Origin: Dimorphilus gyrociliatus | Taxonomy: Eukaryota > Animalia > Annelida | Length of the DNA stretch: 64,000 bases | Direction: 5' to 3' | Assembly (NCBI GenBank): GCA_904063045.1 | Contig: CAJFCJ010000001.1 | Coordinates: forward strand, 682,001-746,000 | Shown here: piece after piece, positions 53,996 through 64,000 of the stretch | Layout: each line of letters begins with the position of its first letter | Position numbering within the stretch: position 1 is the first letter of the stretch | Made by a program: the position numbers and the translations under genes | Notes under the pieces: generated by a model | What the model was told of the DNA's origin: nothing | Databases searched by the model: none | What the model saw: the letters and a program-made list of their open reading frames with translations, nothing else

Positions 53996-55042
53996 ATGGT
54001 ATGATATTTTGATTTTTTAGAATCCCAAGCCGTATTTTCCGTTCAAATTCCTATTAAGAGATAAATTATTCAACTTGAAAATTCAATACTTATAGTTGAT
54101 TTGAGCATTTTTTCCTATAAATTACCGGAAAATACGCTTGTAGTATTTGAAAATTATTTTGCTATTAATCTTAGGAAAAGGTGTATTTTATTTAAAATAT
54201 TTAAATGCACTACTCTTAAATATGATATTTTCGTTTTAAGAGCTATTCAACTCAGGTAAGTTAGGTGTTGTCTTAGAAGTTTGGTGGAAAATATTCCTAT
54301 TGATTTCATGTTGTAGGAGATATTTGATTAAACACTCCCTAAATCAATAAATTGATTATTGAATATTAATTTAAATAATTTTAAAGTAGATTGGTTGGTT
54401 TAGTTGATTTTTAGCATGCTTATATTTTGCTCTAAACCAAATTCTTGATTGTAATTGGAGACATTAAAATTTTAGGCCGAGACCGTTGAGGAGACCCTGA
54501 AACGTATTCAAAGTCATAAAGGAGTTATAGGAGTTATCATTGTCAACTCTGAAGGTAGAAGTTCTTTGATATAAAATTACTACTTAAGAATAATACAATT
54601 CTTACTTCAGGCATTCCAATAAGAACGACATTAGATAATTCAACAACTGTACAATACGCAAGTTTGCTTCATCAATTGACCGCAAAAGCTAGAAATGTAG
54701 TTCGAGACCTCGAACCATCCAACGACCTACAGTTTTTGCGTGTTCGTTCAAAAAAATATGAGATAATGATAGCACCTGGTAAGTCCAAAGTTACCTCCCA
54801 TAAAAATCTTTACAAAACAGTCAAAATGATATATTATCAAATTAGGATGCATTAATGTTTTAATTAAACAATTTCAATAATCAACAACTTTGTCATTATA
54901 TTAATGTACACTTACATTTTATTGAAATTGAGCTTAATTTTTTATTATTATTCTTTTTATCTTAATTATTTAAAACTACACAGAACAAGATTACATCCTG
55001 ATCACCCTTCAAAGCACAGACGGCGTCACAACCTCTGTTTAA
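53996..55042 (+). CDS. DYNLRB: Dynein light chain roadblock-type
   Basis: ATG-only first coding exon (53996-53998|GTATGA), then [36 protein letters not shown]...[19 protein letters not shown]|EQDYILI. Confidence 0.95.
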
Positions 55043-55351
55043 TTGTTATTGCCGCATCTTTGTTTCCTCTCTCGCTATCTCTCTTGCTCTATCTCTCTAT
55101 TATATATTCTACTATTTTATCCCTCTTAACATATTTATTAAGCTTAATCTAATATATTATAAGAATGATAATTTTTTGCAGACAAAGACTATTTGCTGAT
55201 AGTTATTCAAAACCCTAATGACAAGTCTTGAGCTTTTTTGCTAATGGTTTGCGGTGATGGGATTATTTTCTCTAATATATATATAACACATGACTACTAA
55301 ACTTTTTCTTGATTCTATAGTTCACTATTTTAAAGATGTGCTTAAGAATAC

Positions 55352-55354
<3 letters not shown>

Positions 55355-55382
<28 letters not shown>
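55355..55382. repeat. (TA)n microsatellite
   Basis: TA run between roadblock and SVOP. Confidence 0.9.
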
Positions 55383-55387
<5 letters not shown>

Positions 55388-55682
55388 ACAGGAGAGTAAT
55401 ATCCTTTGAAATTTTGAGAGTTTTTATTCTGCATGTATGACTCTATATAGTCTTACTAATAGATACTAACACAAGGTGTATTTATTATTTGCTTATTTTC
55501 CGTAAATAGACTTTAAATATTTTAAAATAAAGCATCCTTACACTGGAATGTTAAATAAATTCAAAAAAACCACACGATCAAGAAATACATTGTTTAAAAT
55601 GGAATGTTTCTTTTGGACAACTCGCGAATGGAATTAAATGTGTGAAAGTGATACACACGATGACATATATAAAAATGTAAGT

Positions 55683-57457
55683 CTAATCTGCAGAGTCTTT
55701 CATGATTCTGCCCATTGTCTCTATTGGTAAAAAAAATGTGGCAACTGCTGCTAATACTCCAACAGCACCATAAATAGAAATTGCGACATGAATAGATTTC
55801 TTTAATAAGACTTGGGCGACAAAGGGCGTCACAATTGCTCCAATTCTAGCCATTCCACTACAAGTTCCTAACCCCAATGCTCTAGTTGTTGTTGGGTACA
55901 CTTCTGGAGTGTATACATAAGCTGCTTGGAAAGCTCCAGTGATGAAACCCCGAGCAGTAAATAGAAGGAAAGTTAAAACACCTCTGAATATAAAAAGATG
56001 AATCGATAAATATGGGAAGAAAAGAATCAATAAATTATTACCTCGATGCGCAAATGTTCACTAATAGGACGAAAAACGAAAAAGCTACCATTTCGATTAT
56101 CATGGTTTTTCTTCGGCCAATCCATTCTATGATTAGTAAAGTTACAAGAATCCCGGGAAATTCAGCTAACGTGGTCCATAAAAGATCAACATAATCTCTA
56201 GTTGTCAGCATTTTACAATCTAACAAACAGGGAGGTTCATCAACTTTATCTACGTTCTTCGATACGCTTGAACAAGTGCTTGATCCAGAAGCCTCAAAAA
56301 GCTGAGTAGTGACTAGAACTATTCCGTAATAACTAAAAGCATTTGCCAACCAAATGATCCATAATAAGAAAGTAGTTAAACGAAGTTCGGGAGAAAAAAG
56401 ATCTTGAATACGGCCTCTTTTAGGTTTGCCACTAGAAGTAACATTTTCTGAGGCTAATTTTCCAAGAGGCATAGACTTGTTATTTTCTTTAGCAATTTTC
56501 TCTAGAGTTTTTTGAGCCGCATGGATGCGTCCCCTCGCCATGTCAAATCTAAACATAGCATAAAGAATTGATTTCAAAGTTAGACGATTCTACACTAGTT
56601 ATTTACCTTGGACTCTCAGGTAACCAAAAGCATAAAAAACAAAAAATTACCAAGGGGATTGAACTGAGTACCAGCAGCCACCTCCAACCCAAAGTAGGCA
56701 TTATAAGAAGTGCAAGGATCACTTCAAAACATGATCCAATGGCCCAAAACACTTCGATTAGAACTACGCATCTTGCTCTCGCACTGCTTGGCAAGAATTC
56801 AGCATAGAGAGTTACAGATTGTGGAGCACCTCCTATACCAAATCCAACTAGAGCTCTTAAAATAAGAATCCAAATTATATTTGGTGATGCGGCAGATAAT
56901 ATCCCATAATAAGCCGTAAAAGCAGACGAGATTATTAAAGCTACTTTTCGACCGAGCTTGTCGCAAACACTTCCCCAAGCTCCAGACGAGACCATCATTC
57001 CTCCGAACACAACAGTCGTTAGCATAGCTTGCTGCCAAGATGGAATCCCCCAAGCACAATGTAAGGCTGGCGCTAACATACTAAGTATCATCATCTCCAT
57101 TGCATCTGACATCTATAGAAATAAGGGACTATAGTTGCGGGCCTTTCAAAGCTAGCAATTTTAAAAATAATTACCCATGCCATTCCAGTTAAAAAAGATA
57201 ATTTAACCTGAAATTTTCCAAAACCCAGCTGATCTACTGCTTCATCTACTCTATATGTGTCTGATGTTTACGATACAATTATATTGCTTAGGAATTGAAG
57301 TAGATTTATTAAACAAACCTTCTGCTAAGTTATTTGCTGGCGTACCAGTTGGAGTATTATTTGAACTCTCACTAGATGTTGGATCACTAAGGGAAACTCC
57401 ATGAAGATCCTCATAGCCACCATCTGATCTTGTTATATTACTAATTCTTGACAGCAT
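55683..57457 (-). CDS. SVOP: Synaptic vesicle 2-related MFS transporter
   Basis: [54 protein letters not shown] across five exons. Confidence 0.9.
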
Positions 57458-57978
57458 TTTGAAGGTTAGCGTTTATTCAGTCAAAAGAAAAATGTGACTA
57501 TTCTGAACTGTGACATTTCAATCTGGATAGACATATCAACAATTCCAATTCACAAAGAATTTAGTTAAATCTTAAAGCATAATAACTTTGTTGCAATACG
57601 AAATATATACTAATAACAGAGTTGAATGAAACACTTACTTTAAAACTGGTTAATAATACGTGCATTTTATCAAATTTCCTTTACAATTAGGCAAGGACAT
57701 CAGTTGAATGTTTGTTTGATTGCATTTCAAGATTTATCCGGAATGTAAATGTAGCGGAAGTTATATGGATTTCAGGAAGTGGGCAAGCAGACAACACTTT
57801 CGCGCCAAAAATTTGAATAAGTTAGTTTCACCCATAGACTTTAAGAAATCGATTTAGTCGTTCTTCGTATTGTTACTTAATGATAAAATATCTCAATAGC
57901 TCTACGTAAGCACATCCTTTTATTTCTAAATTTGAATATCATGGAAACATAGACAATCAGCTCGTTATGGTGAGTATT

Positions 57979-59489
57979 TTAGTTTAGAATATCTAATGCT
58001 CTATTATGAACTAACTCCTCCATACTCATAACGTCGTCACACCATTTCTGTAGACGACCAGCCATAGATCGAATTTGATCGCGATCTAATACACGGGGTT
58101 GAACCCAAGTCATACGGACAACTTGTTCTACTTGATCAATTGATCCTTTTACTAAATTTAATGACAAAGCCTTCATTATAAGATGTTCTACTTCGTTGAG
58201 AGATAAATTAGTTTCTTTCGCTATTTCGGCGAAAGTTAAACTTCGTTCGGTTGCTGGTCTTCTAAATGTCATTTCCATAAGCGTTAACAAGCATATTTTT
58301 TGTCTCATATATGTCTCATTTACGCAAAGGTCAGGTTGTTTACTCCAGCTAGTTTTAAGTTGTTGATATAGCTTAATGTCACCGCTATTGAAAGCAAACA
58401 AGAGTTGGACAAGCCATGCTTTTTCAGAATTTTTCAGAGCTTCTAAAATGTCATGTTGTAGTAATTCGCCAAAATTATAGACTCCTTTACCGAGGATTGC
58501 TGCCAAGCCAATATTAAAAGCTCTTTCAATCTGGTCCTCATCTAAAATACATCATCATTAAGCTAAAATATAACTGATGACAATTTTGCTTACTTGAAAG
58601 AGATTTCAAATCAATACATCCTAAAAATCTTAAAGAATCTCTATAATAATTAGCATGATCAGCTTGAATTCTATGATAATTGCTTGATAGTTCGTAAAAA
58701 GGAGCATGAACAGGTGTAATACCGTCTAATTCTTCAACCATAGCACCAGCTTCTATCCTTATTTCCTTTATTAAAAATATATATAATTACAAGGCTTATT
58801 AATAAACAGTATAAATATGAAAAATACAAACATTAGCTTTCTCCATGTCGCTAGCAAGCATATACAACTGCCCTGATGTTGTTAGGCATAAAATCATAGC
58901 TTGCTTGTCACTTGAAACCTGAAGATTTGTTCAAAATTAACAACCATTTTTCCCATAGTCAACTTGAGACAAACCTTTACTTTAATCTTATTCAAAAATT
59001 CAATAGCTTCGAGATTATCTGGATAGACAATTAAATTTAACAGTTTCATTAATAATCAGAAATATTTCTTGAAGTACCTTTTATTTGACGAGCAATTGGA
59101 ATTGCAATCTCAACCAAGGCTAACGGATTGATACGATGCTCAAAGTCAACTATAAAGTTTGTGTACAACTGAGGGAAAATATTATTCATAATTGACTGTT
59201 TTTGGATTTTTTTAAAAGAATCTAACCGGCATAAGGGCATCGCTTTGATGGATTGTAAGTATTTTAACAAACTTCTGTAATTGAAGCGTCAGTTGGTGCC
59301 ATAATCTAAATTAAGAATAAAATCATAAAGAATAAATAAAATAATAAAGTTTTATGCTTGATATAAATTCTAAATTGGAAAAAAAAATTACTTTTTATTA
59401 TGTAAACTTTCCAAAGTTCCCCATTCTTGAGCAATTTCACCCGATGACTTTTTCTGCTGTTCAAAAAGAAAGGTTGCTATATCACGCAT
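57979..59489 (-). CDS. PSMD13: 26S proteasome lid subunit Rpn9
   Basis: MRDIATFL, KLWHQLT, FEHRINPLALVEI, HAPFYELSSNYH, and the PCI domain MKALSLNLVKGSIDQV...MTWVQPRVL. Confidence 0.95.
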
Positions 59490-59885
59490 TTTTCTTTGAT
59501 CGGCTTCTGCAATTCAATTGGCAAAGTTTTACCATATTACAATAAAAACTGGTATCAAAATTATCCGCTAGGGGACACTCCTAGTTGTGAAGATGAAAAA
59601 TATTTCACATGTACAATCTTTTAGTTTTACTTGTAGTACAATAAAATAGATAATTAGCGCATTAGAAATGATAATACTAATATTTATAACTCAATAAGAT
59701 ATAAATGAACTTCACAAACAAACTAAAGGACTTCTTAATATATTTTTTTCTCTTGAAAGTTATTGGACAAAATGACTTCAATAGAGATTTTTTAAAAATT
59801 AAACTTTATAATAACAAAAAAGAAGAGTAACTGAATCGATTAGTTTTTGTCTGAGTGCAAACTTTTAATATAGAGTTGGTAAATC

Positions 59886-62518
59886 ATGAAAAAAAACGAA
59901 TCGGTTTGTAGAAACTCTGAAGAACGAGAAATTCGAAAAAGAACATCGAGAAGTCAAGAAGCAGGGTCTAGAAAAAATTCTCATAGAGTGTCAAAGTCAT
60001 CTGGATCAAAAAGTCGAGTTAGAAAAAGTAAATCGTCTGCTAGAAGTGAAAGCCAGAATGAAAATAATAAGCCTAATAAACAATCTACATCAAAATCGAG
60101 TTATTCTTTTTATACAAATTCCGATAAAAACGGGGGCTGTTCAAAATTTACTGCTTGCATTACCTGTAGAAGACCGGAAACTCCAACCAGTTCAGCTATA
60201 TCAGAAGTAGTGGAGCCTGTTGATGAAAGTATTTATTTAGTCTTTATGCTTTGATAAATTAACACTCTCCTCTTCAGCAAACCAGACTGTTCAAGACGAT
60301 ACAGTCAAGAAGGAAAATTCAAAAATACATTCGCCCCCAAAATCTCAAGTTGAAGAGAAAAAACAAGAGGAGAAAAAGGAAGAAGCGGTTAAAAACGGAG
60401 AAGAGGATAAAAAAGGAGAGGAGTCTACTTTAAAAAGGTCTGAACCTTTTATTGCAATACAAAAGCACATATTTGCCGATGTATTCCGTCACAGAAGTAG
60501 GTTTGTAAGAAAATAATATTTCATTAATGAAATATCGTTATATAGAAAAGACAATTGTTTTAATCATTCAGCCCCGAAGTTAAAGACGAAGTTTTACTAT
60601 CTTCTTGTCCGTTCGATAAAAGTGAGAATGAACCTCAACGTAAAATTATACCTTGGGAGAAATATAAACCGCCACAGAATCTCTTACCTTTTTTTATCTG
60701 TCATAAATTTACTCAGCTGGAACAAGCTATTCTGGATTTAGATGAATTATGGTTCAGGTCTCACGAAAGTATTGCCATGTCTACTGGGAAAAGTTTTAAA
60801 ACTGTTGAAAGTGAACTGTATCAAATGATGGATCAAGATTCTGTTTTAAACCTATTAATCGAGCAAAAGAAATTGGAAGATAACTCTAGAAAGAAGGAAT
60901 TTGAATTTCAGACGGCAATAAAGGGACTTCATGACATTAAGCAGCAGTTAAAAGTAATGGATCAACTTAATAATGATAGAAAACCTATGTCAACCGTTGC
61001 AAGTATAATTCTAGATAGAAAATCAACATCTGTAATGTCCTCAAAATGGATGATGGAGGATGCAAAATCTTCGGCATCTGCCCTGATTAAAAAATATGCT
61101 CCTAAGCAGGAAAAATCAATGCAAGAATCGAAAGTCTCTATAAAAAAAGCATCAACCGAAAGCGTAAAGATAATTGGTAGACAATGGTCGATCGCTAAGA
61201 ATAACAGAATGCCAAAGGAAGAGAGAAAAGATAAATCCTCTTTAATGATAGAGGAACTTAATAAGATTAAAAAGCAAAATGAAATGGAAGCTAATATGCC
61301 AATTGCTGATTTTTTTATTAATCCACCGCCTTTTCAACCAGAGATGTCCCATTCTGATCAGATAAATGCTCTTCATGATGAATACATACAACAGTGGCAC
61401 GAATATGTTACAAATGATAGACAAGATTCTAAACGAACTTTTAAACTCCCTAGAATAAAATTCTTGCTAGATCCGATAAGCTATATGAACAATCCAAATA
61501 CGGGTAGACAAATACTATTAGGAATCTCAAGAAGATCTGTACTTATGGCCGCAACTTGTCAAATAAATGTGAGAGTCGAGCAGACTGAATATTTTTCAGG
61601 CAAGTACCATCAATATATAAGCCGTCTTTTGTTTTTACATAGTCTAATATTTACTTGCATTCTAATTTGTTAGTTCGAAAAGGTACAATGGAAAACTGGC
61701 AAGATTTGACTAACAAAAATGTCCAAAGTGTGATAGTAACTGTGAAGCTCTATAAGAAATCTGTCCGAGAATCTACTATATTCGATCTAATACGAGAGGC
61801 TCAAATTTTGGATTATGTTGGACAAAGAACTTCAGCTGTTCCAAAATTTATTGGACTTCTAAAAGTGGCAGAGTCTGAACAATACCTTCCTTTTGCTATT
61901 GCTACAGTATTATTTGGAGATGCTGACGATCTAGGAACAATATCTCTAGAAAAGTTGCTATTAACAGAAATATCACGGAGAAAGGAGGGGCAAGAAGTCA
62001 TTTTAGAGAATTGGAGGTGGATAAAAATGTTATATAGATTAACAAAAACTGTTCAGGAAATTCATAGAAGTTTAATTGTAATCAATAACTTAAAGTTGAG
62101 TAATATCCTTTTAAGGTATTACCCGGACAAAGGATGGACGGCTCCTAAGATAAGCAATTTTGGACGAGCCTACATCCTTGACGGATTTTCAGACAAATCG
62201 TCTAAAGGTCTCAAAGGGATGGCCGAGAAAAGCTCATTTAGACAGTATTCCATGTCCTTTGAATCAGATATCTTTCAATTGGGTTATATTATAAAACAAG
62301 TTGATCTCTCTCTTAATTTGGGATTGGACGGTATTGTACGATTTTGTCAATCTACTACAAGCAACGATCTATTTTGGTCGACATGCGATATTGCGGATGC
62401 ACTGGAAGGAGCAATGGCTGAAATGCAAGCATTAGCAACATCAAAGGGGACTAATAGAAAAAGCTCAATGCTTAAATTCGATCTATTTCAAACAGTTTGT
62501 CCCTGTCTTAACTATTGA
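59886..62518 (+). CDS. Uncharacterised protein: long low-complexity/coiled N-terminus plus C-terminal pseudokinase
   Basis: Four phase-compatible exons (about 59886-60228, 60279-60499, 60571-61599, 61674-62518). Kinase fold VTVKL...REAQIL...VINNLKLSNILL...KISNFG...SDIFQLG. Confidence 0.65.
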
Positions 62519-62803
62519 AAATAAGCAATAAAATTATTAAATATAGAGATAGTGAGATTAAAGAATATCAAAACAACTAACTGCTCACTGCTCAAGTAGA
62601 GACCTACTTACTGCCCAAATTTTGATAACGACATGTCTTAGAAATATTTCGATCTCAAATAGTGTAATGTGTGTTGATAGTACTAAAAATAATTTAATAA
62701 CAATGTCCTAAGAAATGTATTTTTTAAAATGATATGAATAGAGGCAATGACAAAAGACTATCTCATGAAATTAGTTCTAATAGCTAAATATAACCTATAT
62801 CAG

Positions 62804-64000
62804 TTAGTTGAGTAAGTCGGTATCTCTTTCAATACCGACAAATAGGTTTCTCTCTGTATGACCGTAGCGGTAGTCGAAGAATAATTCTTCTCCTTCCGCT
62901 ATTGCTCTTTTGGCGAATATTCCAATACGATGATCACCGTTGACTAATAATACTTTCGTATCACAATTGGGATTACGTGAATGATTAGCGAATCTAATCT
63001 TATTCCCTTTTCTTGTAGCATCAACAACGCTATCTGAAAATTATACAATTTCAAATGTAAGCAATTTTTCATTAAATGAAACATTTATATAAAATACCTT
63101 TGGTTAAATTGAATAAAAAGCTGCACATCGATTTATCGTAAACTTTTCCTCGCTTATCGGCCTCCAACTGAGAAATTAACTCTCCACAATATTCAGAAAT
63201 GAGCTCTTGCTTTTCACAAGCATCCTTAAGGAAAATTCCCCATCCAGCAACATTTGACGGAGCGAGAAGTAAATGCTAATATTTAAAAGAAAATTTCAAT
63301 TAGTAATGGTTGTGACTGAAAGAAAAGTATGTACCTTTCGCAAACCCCTTTGAATATTAACGTTTTTGCAATTTTTACTTTTAGAATCAGCTGTTTTTTT
63401 TTAAAACTTGCATTAAACTTAATTAATTGTCTACTTGTATAGAATTGAACTTACATGCTCCACAGCTCATGCATAAATCTGGATCACATTCTCTTAAAGC
63501 TACGAAGCAGGGACATTGTTTCGAATTACAATGAGATTTGCATTTGCAACCAGGATATCTGTTTCCGCCTAAAATATTCAGATTAATAAGCAATGAAATT
63601 AAAGCATAAAAAGTAAACAACAAAATAAGTTATACATACAATATTTGGAACAATAGCAAAATTTTTCGCAATTTAATTTACTTCGAACGCATATACAATT
63701 TTCATCGCATTCCCTATCAGGATGATAGCACGGTGTGAAGGAATGAGATTCTTGAGCCTTACGTTCTTCTCGTCTGTTGTTTTTTTCAAGTTATGAATTG
63801 GAGAGCATAAATATCGAAACGTTTTTAAACTTACTGATATTTTCGTTTCTTTTTCTTTGGAACTTCAGGCTCTGTGTATGGATTTTCTAAATTCCATTTT
63901 CTAGATAATTCACAAACTTCTTGGCAAGACTTAGTTTCTATTATTGCAGCTATACAACAATAGTCAGTATTATATATTTCGTGCAATGTTCTTAAAAGTG
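62804..64000 (-). CDS. EZH2: Enhancer of zeste / EZH2 H3K27 methyltransferase (3' part only)
   Basis: [29 protein letters not shown]; [16 protein letters not shown]...ISEYCGE...[15 protein letters not shown]...[11 protein letters not shown]...ELFFDYRY; stop 62804-62806. Confidence 0.96.

Noticed and set aside
50416-64000. KDM2 and E(z) as a Polycomb gene cluster
   Set aside because: They are separated by unrelated housekeeping genes, and proximity is expected at this gene density.

Overview
Gene-dense, AT-rich eukaryotic (animal, probably protostome/spiralian) DNA with mostly 55-100 nt introns and intergenic gaps often under 300 bp. This architecture fits a miniaturised genome such as that of the annelid Dimorphilus (inference, not verified). 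I reconstructed 28 intron-containing or single-exon protein genes by hand. They are an RDH12-like SDR (partial), ALG11, a claudin-like protein, a DSTYK-like pseudokinase, DEAF1, an ankyrin-SOCS protein, EEPD1, a RING-NHL protein, ZMPSTE24, ABITRAM, an LRR-only protein, CLIC, a B-box protein, a divergent STAT, BROX, a rhodopsin GPCR, a Snail-family factor, RPL34 (missed by the ORF track), SDHB, NEK11, MRPS9, KDM2, roadblock/DYNLRB, SVOP, PSMD13, an orphan pseudokinase and E(z)/EZH2 (partial). I saw no transposon, tRNA/rRNA or CRISPR. The most interesting signals are: (1) a compact regulatory module on the Snail gene, with two near-fully paired miR-279-family target sites in the 3'UTR, a CACCTG cluster upstream, and a CtBP motif with no visible SNAG; (2) a STAT that seems to lack both the N-domain and the activating tyrosine; (3) two pseudokinases; (4) a 15-nt microexon in roadblock; (5) a MYND-less DEAF1; (6) an LRR-only protein with one repeat per exon; (7) two GC-AG introns; (8) a recurring YY1-type promoter motif. 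All exon structures and family calls come from manual reading and recalled motifs; no searches were run.
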